A stretch of 32,000 nucleotides of DNA from Micrococcus luteus NCTC 2665 (GCF_000023205.1 NC_012803.1:2010001-2042000); one strand, 5' to 3'; shown: positions 1 to 10,584, counted from the first letter of the stretch. Made by a program: numbers and translations. The notes: a model not told the origin generated them from the letters alone.

Positions 1-323
1 ACGAGGAGGACCCCGCGGCGGCCGCCGCGCTGCCGCGCCCCACGCGGGCCATGGCGGTGCGCTTCGCGCTCGAGGAGCTGGCGACCCGCGTGCCCGGGAA
101 CTCGGTGGAGGTGCGCGTGCCGCCCTTCGGCGTCGCCCAGTGCCTCCCCGGACCCCGGCACACCCGCGGCACCCCGCCCAACGTGGTGGAGATGGACGCC
201 GTGACATGGCTGTCTCTGGCGACGGGGCTGACGACCTGGGAGGACGCGACGGCGTCCGGGGGCGTGCGCACCTCGGGCGTGCGGGCCGACCTCGGCGCGC
301 ACCTGCCGCTCGTGCGGCCGTGA
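1..323 (+). CDS. sterol-carrier (SCP2-like) family protein, 3' part; the 5' end lies outside the window
   Basis: The frame of the 51..323 ORF stays open back to position 3, and third-position GC is very high. The C-terminal motif VEVRVPPFGVAQCLPGPRHTRGTPPNVVEMDA resembles the actinobacterial sterol-carrier family protein usually found just upstream of purF (from memory). Confidence 0.5.
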   Translation, partial: EEDPAAAAALPRPTRAMAVRFALEELATRVPGNSVEVRVPPFGVAQCLPGPRHTRGTPPNVVEMDAVTWLSLATGLTTWEDATASGGVRTSGVRADLGAHLPLVRP

Positions 324-464
324 GCGAGGGGTGCCCGGCAGTCCTCTCGGCGGCACCGACCGTTCGAACGTCGGCACCGCTCCTCGTCCCGGGATGCAGG
401 TCTGCCGATCCCGCCCCGGACACCCGGGACTGGCCCCAGCGGCCGACTCGATAGACTGGCGCGC

Positions 465-872
465 ATGACCTCCGCCCCCGAGCCGACCCCCGATCAGCGC
501 GCCTACACCGTCCGTCGCGCCCCGCGGCTGACCGCGGTGCTCGCGGTGGCGCTCGCGCTCGGCCTGCTGATCGCCCTCGTGATCACCACCGCGGTCCACG
601 CCTCCCCCACCCCGCCCGCGGACCCGTACTCCGGCATCCCGCTCTCCTTCTCGGAGACGTTCGGCTTCGCGGCCCTGCTGAGCATGCTCGGCACCGGCGT
701 GCTCGGACTGCTCGTGTGGCTGCTGCTGGACCGCCGCTCCCGGTCGACCGCGCGCACCGTGGTCCTCGAGCGCACCGACGACCCGGCCGTGGCGGACGTC
801 CGCCTGGACCGCGTGGACGCGGGCGCCCCGCCCGCCCGCACCACCCCCACCGAAAGGACCCCCGAGCAGTGA
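465..872 (+). CDS. hypothetical small membrane protein (2 predicted TM helices), translationally coupled to purF
   Basis: ATG ORF with strong GC3 bias. Two hydrophobic segments (LTAVLAVALALGLLIALVITTAV and FAALLSMLGTGVLGLLVWLLL). Its TGA stop (870-872) overlaps the GTG of purF (869-871). Confidence 0.6.
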   Translation: MTSAPEPTPDQRAYTVRRAPRLTAVLAVALALGLLIALVITTAVHASPTPPADPYSGIPLSFSETFGFAALLSMLGTGVLGLLVWLLLDRRSRSTARTVVLERTDDPAVADVRLDRVDAGAPPARTTPTERTPEQ

Positions 873-2482
873 TCGCACCGCGCACCCGACGAGGCGACGG
901 CCGCCTGACCGCCGCCCTCGACCCCCAGGACCAGGGGCCGCAGGACGAATGCGGCGTGTTCGGCGTGTGGGCGCCGGGCGAGGAGGTCGCGAAACTGGCC
1001 TACTACGGCCTGTATGCGCTCCAGCACCGCGGCCAGGAGTCCGCGGGCATCGCCGTCTCGGACGGCGGGCGCATCGCCGTCTACAAGGACATCGGCCTGG
1101 TCTCCCAGGTGTTCGACGAGGCCACGCTCACCGCGCTGAGCGGCCACATCGCCGTCGGCCACTGCCGCTACTCCACCACCGGCGTGAACAAGTGGGCCAA
1201 CGCCCAGCCCACCCTGGGCGCCACCGCCGACGACGGCACGGTCGCCCTGGCGCACAACGGCAACCTCGTGAACTCCGCGGAGCTGCTGCGCATGGTGCAC
1301 GCCGCGGACGGCCGCCACACCCACGGTGAGATGAAGCAGGGCAACACCACGGACACCGCCCTGGTCACGGCCCTGCTGCACGGCGCCCCCGGGGACCGCC
1401 TCGAGGAGACCGCCCTCGAGCTGCTGCCGAAGATCCGCGGCGCCTACTGCTTCGTGTTCATGGACGAGCGCACCCTCTACGCCGCCCGCGACCCGCAGGG
1501 CGTGCGCCCGCTCGTGCTCGGCCGCCTCGAGCACGGCTGGGTGGTGGCCTCCGAGCAGTCGGCCCTGGCCACCGTCGGCGCCTCGTTCATCCGGGAGGTC
1601 GAGCCCGGTGAGATGATCGCGATCGACGACGAGGGCATCCGCTCCACCCGCTTCGCCGAGTCGAAGCCGGCCGGCTGCGTGTTCGAGTACGTGTACCTGG
1701 CCCGGCCGGACGCCACGATCGCCGGGCGCTCCGTGTACGAGTCCCGCGTGGAGATGGGCCGCCGCCTCGCGCTCGAGCAGCCGGTCGAGGCCGACGTCGT
1801 GATCCCCGTGCCCGAGTCCGGCACGCCCGCCGCCGTGGGCTACGCGGACGCCTCGGGCCTGCCGTTCCGCCAGGGCTTCGTGAAGAACGCCTACGTGGGC
1901 CGCACCTTCATCCAGCCGTCCCAGACGCTGCGCCAGCTCGGCATCCGCCTCAAGCTCAACGTCCAGTCCACCGTGGTGGCCGGCAAGCGCGTCGTGGTGG
2001 TGGACGACTCGATCGTGCGCGGCAACACCCAGCGCGCCGTCGTGCGGATGCTCAGAGAGGCCGGCGCCGCCGAGGTGCACGTGAAGATCTCCTCCCCTCC
2101 CGTGAAGTGGCCCTGCTTCTACGGCATCGACTTCGCCACCCGCGCCGAACTCATCGCCAACGGCGCCGCGGTGGACCAGATCGCCGCGTCCATCGGCGCC
2201 GACTCGCTGGCCTACATCAGCGAGGAGGGCATGATCGAGGCCACCGGGCAGCCGCGCGAGCGCCTGTGCACCGCCTGCTTCACCGGCGACTACCCGATCC
2301 CACTGGCCGACGAGGGCGAGCGTGGCAAGGGCCTGCTGGAGCCGGTCGCCGTGTCGCCCGCGTCCACCGTGGTGCTGGACGAGGACGGCGAGACCACCAC
2401 CGTGACCGCCACGGGCTGCGAGCCCGGCCCGGACGCCGACGACGAGAAGCTGCTCACCGAGACGGACAGGACCCCGCTGTGA
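869..2482 (+). CDS. purF: amidophosphoribosyltransferase
   Basis: Short propeptide followed by the nucleophile Cys (DECGVFGVW). Motifs YGLYALQHRGQESAGI, PRTase loop VVVVDDSIVRGNT, and C-terminal Cys ligands (CFYGIDF, CTACFTGDYP). The GTG start was chosen at the GTGA overlap; the ORF track start at 716 would overlap the upstream gene. Confidence 0.93.
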   Translation: MIAPRTRRGDGRLTAALDPQDQGPQDECGVFGVWAPGEEVAKLAYYGLYALQHRGQESAGIAVSDGGRIAVYKDIGLVSQVFDEATLTALSGHIAVGHCRYSTTGVNKWANAQPTLGATADDGTVALAHNGNLVNSAELLRMVHAADGRHTHGEMKQGNTTDTALVTALLHGAPGDRLEETALELLPKIRGAYCFVFMDERTLYAARDPQGVRPLVLGRLEHGWVVASEQSALATVGASFIREVEPGEMIAIDDEGIRSTRFAESKPAGCVFEYVYLARPDATIAGRSVYESRVEMGRRLALEQPVEADVVIPVPESGTPAAVGYADASGLPFRQGFVKNAYVGRTFIQPSQTLRQLGIRLKLNVQSTVVAGKRVVVVDDSIVRGNTQRAVVRMLREAGAAEVHVKISSPPVKWPCFYGIDFATRAELIANGAAVDQIAASIGADSLAYISEEGMIEATGQPRERLCTACFTGDYPIPLADEGERGKGLLEPVAVSPASTVVLDEDGETTTVTATGCEPGPDADDEKLLTETDRTPL

Positions 2483-3636
2483 CCCCGAACCAGACCCCCT
2501 CCTCCGCCGCCCCGATCACCTACGCCTCGGCCGGCGTCGACGTGGAGGCCGGCGACCGCGCCGTCGAGCTGATGAAGGACGCCGTGAAGGCCACCCACAC
2601 CCCCGAGGTCATGGGCGGCATCGGCGGCTTCGCCGGCATGTGGGATGCCTCCGCGCTGCTGCAGTACCGCAAGCCGCTGCTGACCACGTCCACGGACGGT
2701 GTCGGCACCAAGGTGGCGATCGCGCAGGCGATGGACAAGCACGACACCATCGGCCAGGACCTCGTGGGCATGGTCGTGGACGACATCGTGGTGGTCGGCG
2801 CCCAGCCCCTGTTCATGACCGACTACATCGCATGCGGCAGGGTCGTGCCCGAGCGCATCGCGGACATCGTGCGCGGCGTGGCCGAGGGCTGCCGCCTGGC
2901 CGACACCGCGCTCGTGGGCGGCGAGACCGCCGAGCACCCGGGCCTGCTGGCCGCGGACGAGTACGACGTGGCGGGCGCGGCCACCGGCGTGGTCGAGGCG
3001 GACATGGTCCTGGGCGCGGAGCGGGTGCAGTCCGGCGACGTCGTGATCGGCATGGCCTCCTCCGGCATCCACTCGAACGGCTACTCGCTCGTGCGCCGCG
3101 TGGTGAACGCCGCGGGCTGGTCCCTCGACCGCGAGGTCACCGAGCTCGGCCGCACCCTCGGCGAGGAGCTGCTCGAGCCGACCCGCATCTACTCCCGCGC
3201 CTGCCTCGACCTGGTGCAGCGCCTCAACGGCCACGACGGCGGCTCGGACCTGCCGGTGCGCGCGTTCAGCCACGTGACCGGCGGCGGCCTGGCCGCGAAC
3301 CTGGCGCGCGTGCTCCCGCGGGGCCTCATGGCGACCGTCGAGCGGGACACCTGGTCCCTGCCGCCCGTGTTCCGCCTGGTGGGCGAGCTCGGCCGCGTTC
3401 CGCAGTCCGACCTCGAGCGCACCCTCAACCTCGGTGTGGGCATGGTGGCCGTGGTGGACCCGGAGGTGGCCGCGAAGTCGATCTCCGTGCTCGTGGACGC
3501 CGGCATCGACGCGTGGGAGATGGGCACCATCGGCGCCCTCACCGACGACGCGGCGGCCGCGGGCCTGGACTTCGTGCAGGGCGCCAAGGGCGTCGACGGC
3601 GGCGCCGTGCTGATGCGCGGCCAGTACGCCGCCTGA
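2479..3636 (+). CDS. purM: phosphoribosylformylglycinamidine cyclo-ligase (AIR synthetase)
   Basis: Motifs ITYASAGVDVEAGD, GGIGGFAG, STDGVGTK, GGETAEHPG and SSGIHSNGYSL. GTG at 2479 overlaps the purF TGA (2480-2482). Confidence 0.93.
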   Translation: MTPNQTPSSAAPITYASAGVDVEAGDRAVELMKDAVKATHTPEVMGGIGGFAGMWDASALLQYRKPLLTTSTDGVGTKVAIAQAMDKHDTIGQDLVGMVVDDIVVVGAQPLFMTDYIACGRVVPERIADIVRGVAEGCRLADTALVGGETAEHPGLLAADEYDVAGAATGVVEADMVLGAERVQSGDVVIGMASSGIHSNGYSLVRRVVNAAGWSLDREVTELGRTLGEELLEPTRIYSRACLDLVQRLNGHDGGSDLPVRAFSHVTGGGLAANLARVLPRGLMATVERDTWSLPPVFRLVGELGRVPQSDLERTLNLGVGMVAVVDPEVAAKSISVLVDAGIDAWEMGTIGALTDDAAAAGLDFVQGAKGVDGGAVLMRGQYAA

Positions 3637-3643
3637 CCCCCAC

Positions 3644-3766
3644 GGGGCGTTTTCGTTCGGGAAACGGCGGGCACCGGGGCGTTTTCGTTCGGGAAACGGC
3701 GGGCACCGGGGCGTTTTCGTTCGGGAAACGGCGGGCACCGGGGCGTTTTCGTTCGGGAAACGGCGG
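3644..3766 (+). repeat. perfect 32-bp tandem repeat, 3.8 copies, unit GGGGCGTTTTCGTTCGGGAAACGGCGGGCACC
   Basis: Copies at 3644-3675, 3676-3707 and 3708-3739 are identical, and 3740-3766 is a truncated fourth copy. Each unit can fold as GGCGTTTTC / GTTCG / GGAAACGGC (a 9-bp stem with one mismatch). The array starts 7 nt after the purM stop and ends 1 nt before the stop of the minus-strand gene at 3768. Confidence 0.95.
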
Positions 3767-3767
3767 T

Positions 3768-4757
3768 TCACGACGCGAACATCCGCCCGCCGAGCCGAGC
3801 CCGGTGCGCCTGCACCTCGACGACGATGCGCCGGAAGTCGTCCCGTGCGTCGTCCACCGTGGACCAGATCTGCGTCCAGCCCGCGCGTGCCCACCCCTCG
3901 TCCCGCCACGCGTCCACGGCGACCTGTGCCGGGTCGAGGTGGTGGCCGCCGTCGTAGTGGACCGCCAAGCGCCACTGCCGCCACCCCAGATCCGCGTCCG
4001 GCGACCGGGCCCGGCCCGGGTGCAGCACCAGCTGGAGCTCCGGCTCGGGCAGGCCGGCGTGGAGCAGGGCCAGTCGCAGGGCTGTCTCCTGCGGGGAGTC
4101 CGCGTCCACCCGCACCAGCTCGAGGGCGGCACGGGCGGTGCGCACTCCCTTGAACCGCCCGGCACGCAGGAGCGCGGAGCGCAAGGCCGCCGTCGTGGTC
4201 CGCGGTGAGCGGCGCCCCTCCGGCGACCAGGGCCGGCGGACGAGGGCGTCCCCGGCCGCCACGAGGGGCTCGAGCATGCCTGGACGGAGCAGTGCGGCCA
4301 GATCCGCCCAGGATCGCTCCAGGCTCGTCAGGCGGATCCCGTGGAGGGCTGTGACGTCCGCGGCCGGGACGAGGCGGGCATGCGAGGTGATCTCCGGTCG
4401 GACGCTCGCCCCGCGCGGGTGCGGCCGGGACACCTGCACCGTGCCGTCCTCCGCCAGGAACGGCGGCAGCGGCACGCGGTGCAGGAGCAGCGCTGTGAGG
4501 TGGGAGGCCACTCCCCCGCTCGCCTCCACGATCGCGGCCGTCTCCTCCGGCGCGAAGGGAGCGGGCGTCTCGGCATAGCCGAAGTCCGCCCACGAGCCGA
4601 GGTGGTCGGTCCGGAACCGATGGACCCCGTGCGTCACGCGCCGGACGTCACCGCCGCGGACCAGTCGCTCCGAGACCCCGGCCGCGCGCAGGTCGCCACG
4701 GGTGAACGGCCGGCCGGTCTCGACGATGTCCGACAAGGGCAGGGAAGACGTGGCCAT
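3768..4757 (-). CDS. hypothetical protein: AbiEi-like N-terminal wHTH region plus DUF559 / Vsr-like endonuclease-fold C-terminal region
   Basis: 329-aa ATG ORF with host-like GC3. The N-terminus (GRPFTRGDLRAAGVSERLVRGGDVRRVTHGVH) and C-terminus (PDADLGWRQWRLAVHYDGGHHLDPAQVAVDAWRDEGWARAGW) match the pattern of the multi-copy actinobacterial DUF559 family as I remember it. No clear SD. Confidence 0.6.
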   Translation of the reverse strand: MATSSLPLSDIVETGRPFTRGDLRAAGVSERLVRGGDVRRVTHGVHRFRTDHLGSWADFGYAETPAPFAPEETAAIVEASGGVASHLTALLLHRVPLPPFLAEDGTVQVSRPHPRGASVRPEITSHARLVPAADVTALHGIRLTSLERSWADLAALLRPGMLEPLVAAGDALVRRPWSPEGRRSPRTTTAALRSALLRAGRFKGVRTARAALELVRVDADSPQETALRLALLHAGLPEPELQLVLHPGRARSPDADLGWRQWRLAVHYDGGHHLDPAQVAVDAWRDEGWARAGWTQIWSTVDDARDDFRRIVVEVQAHRARLGGRMFAS

Positions 4758-4878
4758 GCCCGTAACGATGGCTCAACCCGGCCGACCCCGCCCGCGCGGG
4801 AGCACCCACCGTGGACGACGACGTCGGCGGCGTCACCTGTGCAGGAGCCGTGCGTGGCCCCGGGCCACCGGGCACCCG

Positions 4879-4914
4879 CGCCCCGGCGCCCGCCGTTTCC
4901 CGAACGAAACCGCC
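4879..4914 (-). repeat. inverted copy (about 1.1 units, 2 mismatches) of the 32-bp repeat seen at 3644-3766
   Basis: The reverse complement of 4879-4914 reads GGCGGTTTCGTTCGGGAAACGGCGGGCGCCGGGGCG, versus the unit GGCGTTTTCGTTCGGGAAACGGCGGGCACCGGGGCG. It lies 8 nt from the stop of the Sir2 gene. Confidence 0.85.
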
Positions 4915-4922
4915 GGCGGGGG

Positions 4923-5867
4923 TCAGAGGCGGGCGTCGAGCCAGGCCAGCGCGTCGGCGACCGGGGCGCGCCAGCGCCAGCGGGCCTTGGCGTCGGCGCG
5001 GGTGGGGCCGAGGTTGATCAGCCCCGTCTCATGCCCGGCCCGCTCGGCCCGCAGCACGAACCGGTAGCCGCTCATCACCGCCAGCGAGGTGCCGACGGCG
5101 AGCACCGTGCCGCCGTCGTCGGCCATCGCCTCCGCGGCCGCGCGCCGCTCCGCGGGCACGGACTCGCCGAAGTACACGACGTCCGGCTTGAGCTTCACGG
5201 ACCCGCACACCCGGCAGCCGACCATCGTGAACTCATCCACCCAGTGCTGGTCGAGGGAGACGTCCCCGTCGGGGTTCACAGCGTACGGGTCGATCGCCAC
5301 CCGCTCGAGGTAACCCGGATTGGCGGCCTCGAGCCGCAGGTCCAGGTCACGGCGGGATTCGGTGGCCCCGCAGTTCAGGCAGGCCACGCGCGCCAGGTCC
5401 CCGTGGAGCTCGATCAGCCGGTCCTCCGCCATGCCCGCCGCGCGTCCAGCCTCGGCGTGCAGCCCGTCCACGTTCTGGGTCAGGATGCCGGCGATGCGCC
5501 CCTCGTCCGCCCAGCGCGCGAGGATGCGGTGCGCCTCGTTCGGCCGGGCCTGGTCCATGCGACGCCAGCCCACGAACGAGCGCGCCCAGTAGCGGTGGCG
5601 GGCGGCCGGGTCGTCCCGGAACTCCTGGTACGTCATCGGCCGGTGGCGGTGCAGGGACCCGTTCGGTCCCCGGTAGTCCGGGATGCCGGAGTCCGTGGAC
5701 ACGCCGGCCCCGGTGATCACGAGCGGGCGGGACTCCTCCATCAGACGCAGCAGACCCCGAGACGCCGTCTCGGGGTCCTGCAGCGGTGCTGTCTCATCCA
5801 CCACCCTGGCGATCGACCGCAGGGCGGCCTGGTGCCCGTCCAGGGCCGGATGCCGTGCGGGTGTCAT
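4923..5867 (-). CDS. Sir2-family NAD-dependent protein deacylase (sirtuin)
   Basis: Motifs GAGVSTDSGIPDYRG, QNVDGLH and HG, a Zn-ribbon Cys pair (CLNCG ... CRVCG), and VGTSLAV. Confidence 0.9.
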   Translation of the reverse strand: MTPARHPALDGHQAALRSIARVVDETAPLQDPETASRGLLRLMEESRPLVITGAGVSTDSGIPDYRGPNGSLHRHRPMTYQEFRDDPAARHRYWARSFVGWRRMDQARPNEAHRILARWADEGRIAGILTQNVDGLHAEAGRAAGMAEDRLIELHGDLARVACLNCGATESRRDLDLRLEAANPGYLERVAIDPYAVNPDGDVSLDQHWVDEFTMVGCRVCGSVKLKPDVVYFGESVPAERRAAAEAMADDGGTVLAVGTSLAVMSGYRFVLRAERAGHETGLINLGPTRADAKARWRWRAPVADALAWLDARL

Positions 5868-6070
5868 CGCGCCCGCGCGTCGTCGTCCTCGTCCTCCGCG
5901 TAGAGGTCCGCGTAGGGATCCTCGTACTCGGGCTCCTGGTCCGGCTCCGGGCTGCGCGTGCGCCCGCCCGTGAGCTCTCGCTCCAGTGCCGAGAGGTCTG
6001 TTCCGGGAGAGAAGTACTTCATCTCCCGTGCCTGCTTCGTGGCCTTAGCCTTCTGACGGCCGCGCCCCAT
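5864..6070 (-). CDS. DUF3073 family small conserved actinobacterial protein
   Basis: The N-terminus MGRGRQKAKATKQAREMKYF plus an acidic C-terminal tail is typical of DUF3073. The start was moved to the internal ATG at 6068-6070 (the ORF track starts at 6118). The TGA stop overlaps the ATG of the Sir2 gene (ATGA at 5864-5867). Confidence 0.8.
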   Translation of the reverse strand: MGRGRQKAKATKQAREMKYFSPGTDLSALERELTGGRTRSPEPDQEPEYEDPYADLYAEDEDDDARAR

Positions 6071-6269
6071 GAGCGTGACCCCCTTCGCATCTCTCGCCGC
6101 CTCGGATCTGTGGCGCACAGGGGCCCGCCGAGGTACTCACTGGTCAATATGGTTCGTGCGGACAAGGATACATGACCGGCCGGACGGCCCGCGGACGACG
6201 ACGGCCGGCCCGGTCCGGCGGGGCATGCGGGGGCGCCGGGTGCGGCGCGGGTCGATCGGTGCTGAGTCC

Positions 6270-6524
6270 CTGCTCGGCGCACAGCTCGACCGCGACGGCC
6301 ACGCGCACCAGCCCGAGGGCAGCAACGGCCGCTCGGACTACGCGCCGTTCGTGGACGCGGGCATCGCCTCGACGGGCCTGCTCTCGATCCGCGACGACAA
6401 CTACCACACGCCCCAGGACGACATCGACAACGTCTCCATCACCACGCTGACCCACGCGGCCCGCGCGGTGGCGAACCTGATCGGCACCCTCCAGCAGGAC
6501 GCCGACGCCCTCGGCACCCGCTGA
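6270..6524 (+). pseudogene. C-terminal remnant of an M28-family aminopeptidase (no N-terminal catalytic half present)
   Basis: Only the last ~65-85 aa look like M28 (GRSDYAPFVDAGIASTGLLS...DDNYHTPQDDIDNVS). The upstream part of the same frame is Arg/Gly-rich nonsense that overlaps the DUF3073 gene and its promoter region. Confidence 0.45.
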
Positions 6525-6554
6525 CCCGAGCGGCTCCGTCCGTCTCACAGATGC

Positions 6555-6613
6555 CGTCGGGGGCGGTTTCGGGTGGTATCCAGGCTGGATACCACCCGAA
6601 ACCGCCCCCGACG
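6555..6613. terminator. 59-nt near-perfect hairpin between convergent genes (I-shaped, no U-tract)
   Basis: CGTCGGGGGCGGTTTCGGGTGGTATCCA / GGC / TGGATACCACCCGAAACCGCCCCCGACG, with arms of ~28 bp. It sits between the M28 remnant (ends 6524) and the clpB stop (6653). Confidence 0.7.
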
Positions 6614-6652
6614 TGCCAGAGGGAGGAGGAACACGGTCCGTCGGTCCCGGCG

Positions 6653-9247
<2,595 letters not shown>

Positions 9248-9331
9248 GTGCGCATCGCTCCTTCTCTCCCCCGTGTCCCGGGGGTGTCGGACAACCGTCG
9301 ACAGCGGGCCATTCCCACTGTCGAGACGACG

Positions 9332-9350
9332 TTGAGTCTATGTAGCTCAA
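9332..9350. promoter_or_regulatory. HAIR-like HspR operator upstream of clpB
   Basis: TTGAGT-ctatgta-GCTCAA matches the HspR-associated inverted repeat consensus CTTGAGT-N7-ACTCAAG. It lies ~85 nt upstream of the clpB ATG. Confidence 0.7.
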
Positions 9351-9398
9351 CTCTCCTCGTGCCAGGGCTATTCCCCGGCGCGCCGGTACGTTGGTGCC

Positions 9399-10580
9399 AT
9401 GGCCGGCTCCACAGCGGCGCCCCGGCGCCTCCGCACGTACACCCGACCGCGGGTGTCCCTGCTGTACGTCCTGCGCCGCACCCTGCACCGGCTCCTCGAG
9501 CTGCAGGTCTGGGACGTGGCCGCCGCCATGACCTTCTTCGGGGCGCTGTCCCTGCTGCCCACCGTGGTCGCCCTGCTCTCCGTGGTCTCGCTGCTGGGCG
9601 TCGAGGAGGAGACCGTGGACGCCGCGGCCCACCTGGCCGCCGAGATCTGGCCGTCGCTGACGCCCGACGTCGTCCGCGAGTGGATCCTGACCCTCGGCTC
9701 GGCCGGGCCCGGCACCGGCGCCGTCGTCCTCGGGGCCGTCGGCACCGTGGTGTCCGCCTCGGGCGCCGTCGGCGCGTTCCACCGGGCCATGCACCGCATC
9801 CACGACACCCGCGAGGGCCGGCCCTTCCTCCACTTCCGCCTCGTGGTCTTCGTCGAGACGCTCGCCCTCATGCTCGGCGCCGTGCTGATCACGATCCTGG
9901 TGGTCGTCGGCGGGGACCTCTCCCTGCGCCTCGGCCAGGCCGTCGGCCTGCCGGAGGAGACGGTCCAGACGTGGAACGTGGTGAAGTGGCCGGTCATCCT
10001 CGTGGTGATCGCCCTGATCGTGACCCTCGCCTACCGCCTGGGGCCCAACGTCCGGCAGCCCCGCTACCGCCCCCTCTCGCTCGGCGCCGTGGCCGTGGTG
10101 GTCCTGCTCTTCGGCGCCACCGTGGCCCTGGGCTGGATCACGGACCGGTTCGGCCAGTTCGCCGTGGTCGGGCGGATCAACTCCGCGATCGGCGTGCTCG
10201 CCCTCGCGTGGGTGGCGTGCATCGTGCTGTTGGCCGGGGCCGCCTTCGACGCGGAGGTGCTGCGTGCCCGCCAGCTGGCCGTCGGCATCGACGCCTCCGT
10301 CGAGATCCAGCTGGCGACGCGGCACACCGCGGTGCTCGAGGACTCCGAACGGTACGAGGCCCGCAACCGCCGCCTGGCCCGGCTCGTGGCCGACGCCGTG
10401 CGCGCCGGCGAGGACCTCACGATCGAGGCCACACCCCTGCTCTCCGAGGAGGGGCGCCTCCTCGCGATCGAGTCGGGGCGGCGGAACCCGGAGGACGTCA
10501 GCTCGGGCAGCCCGTTCCACGCGGACCCGGTGTCCGACGACGGCGCCCGCCTCGAGCCGACGTCCCGGCCCGACGACTGA
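9399..10580 (+). CDS. YihY/BrkB (virulence factor BrkB / RNase BN-like) family membrane protein
   Basis: 393 aa with ~6 TM helices. The N-terminal pattern LQVWDVAAAMTFFGALSLLPTVVALLSV is typical of YihY family proteins, followed by a hydrophilic C-terminal extension. Confidence 0.8.
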   Translation: MAGSTAAPRRLRTYTRPRVSLLYVLRRTLHRLLELQVWDVAAAMTFFGALSLLPTVVALLSVVSLLGVEEETVDAAAHLAAEIWPSLTPDVVREWILTLGSAGPGTGAVVLGAVGTVVSASGAVGAFHRAMHRIHDTREGRPFLHFRLVVFVETLALMLGAVLITILVVVGGDLSLRLGQAVGLPEETVQTWNVVKWPVILVVIALIVTLAYRLGPNVRQPRYRPLSLGAVAVVVLLFGATVALGWITDRFGQFAVVGRINSAIGVLALAWVACIVLLAGAAFDAEVLRARQLAVGIDASVEIQLATRHTAVLEDSERYEARNRRLARLVADAVRAGEDLTIEATPLLSEEGRLLAIESGRRNPEDVSSGSPFHADPVSDDGARLEPTSRPDD

Positions 10581-10584
10581 GAGG

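Noticed and set aside
3644-3766. 32-bp repeat array as a possible CRISPR array
   Set aside because: The units are directly abutting with no spacers, there are only ~4 copies, and there are no cas genes. It is a tandem repeat, not a CRISPR array.
6069-6524. 151-aa ORF as an intact gene
   Set aside because: Its 5' half overlaps the DUF3073 coding and promoter region and is Arg/Gly-rich. Only the last ~65-85 aa resemble a known family (M28), so I treat it as a gene remnant.
6555-6613. Possible kinship between this hairpin and the 32-bp repeat family (shared GGCGGTTTCGGG-like string)
   Set aside because: The shared string is only ~10-12 nt of GC-rich sequence, which could easily be chance. It needs a genome-wide repeat search before any claim.
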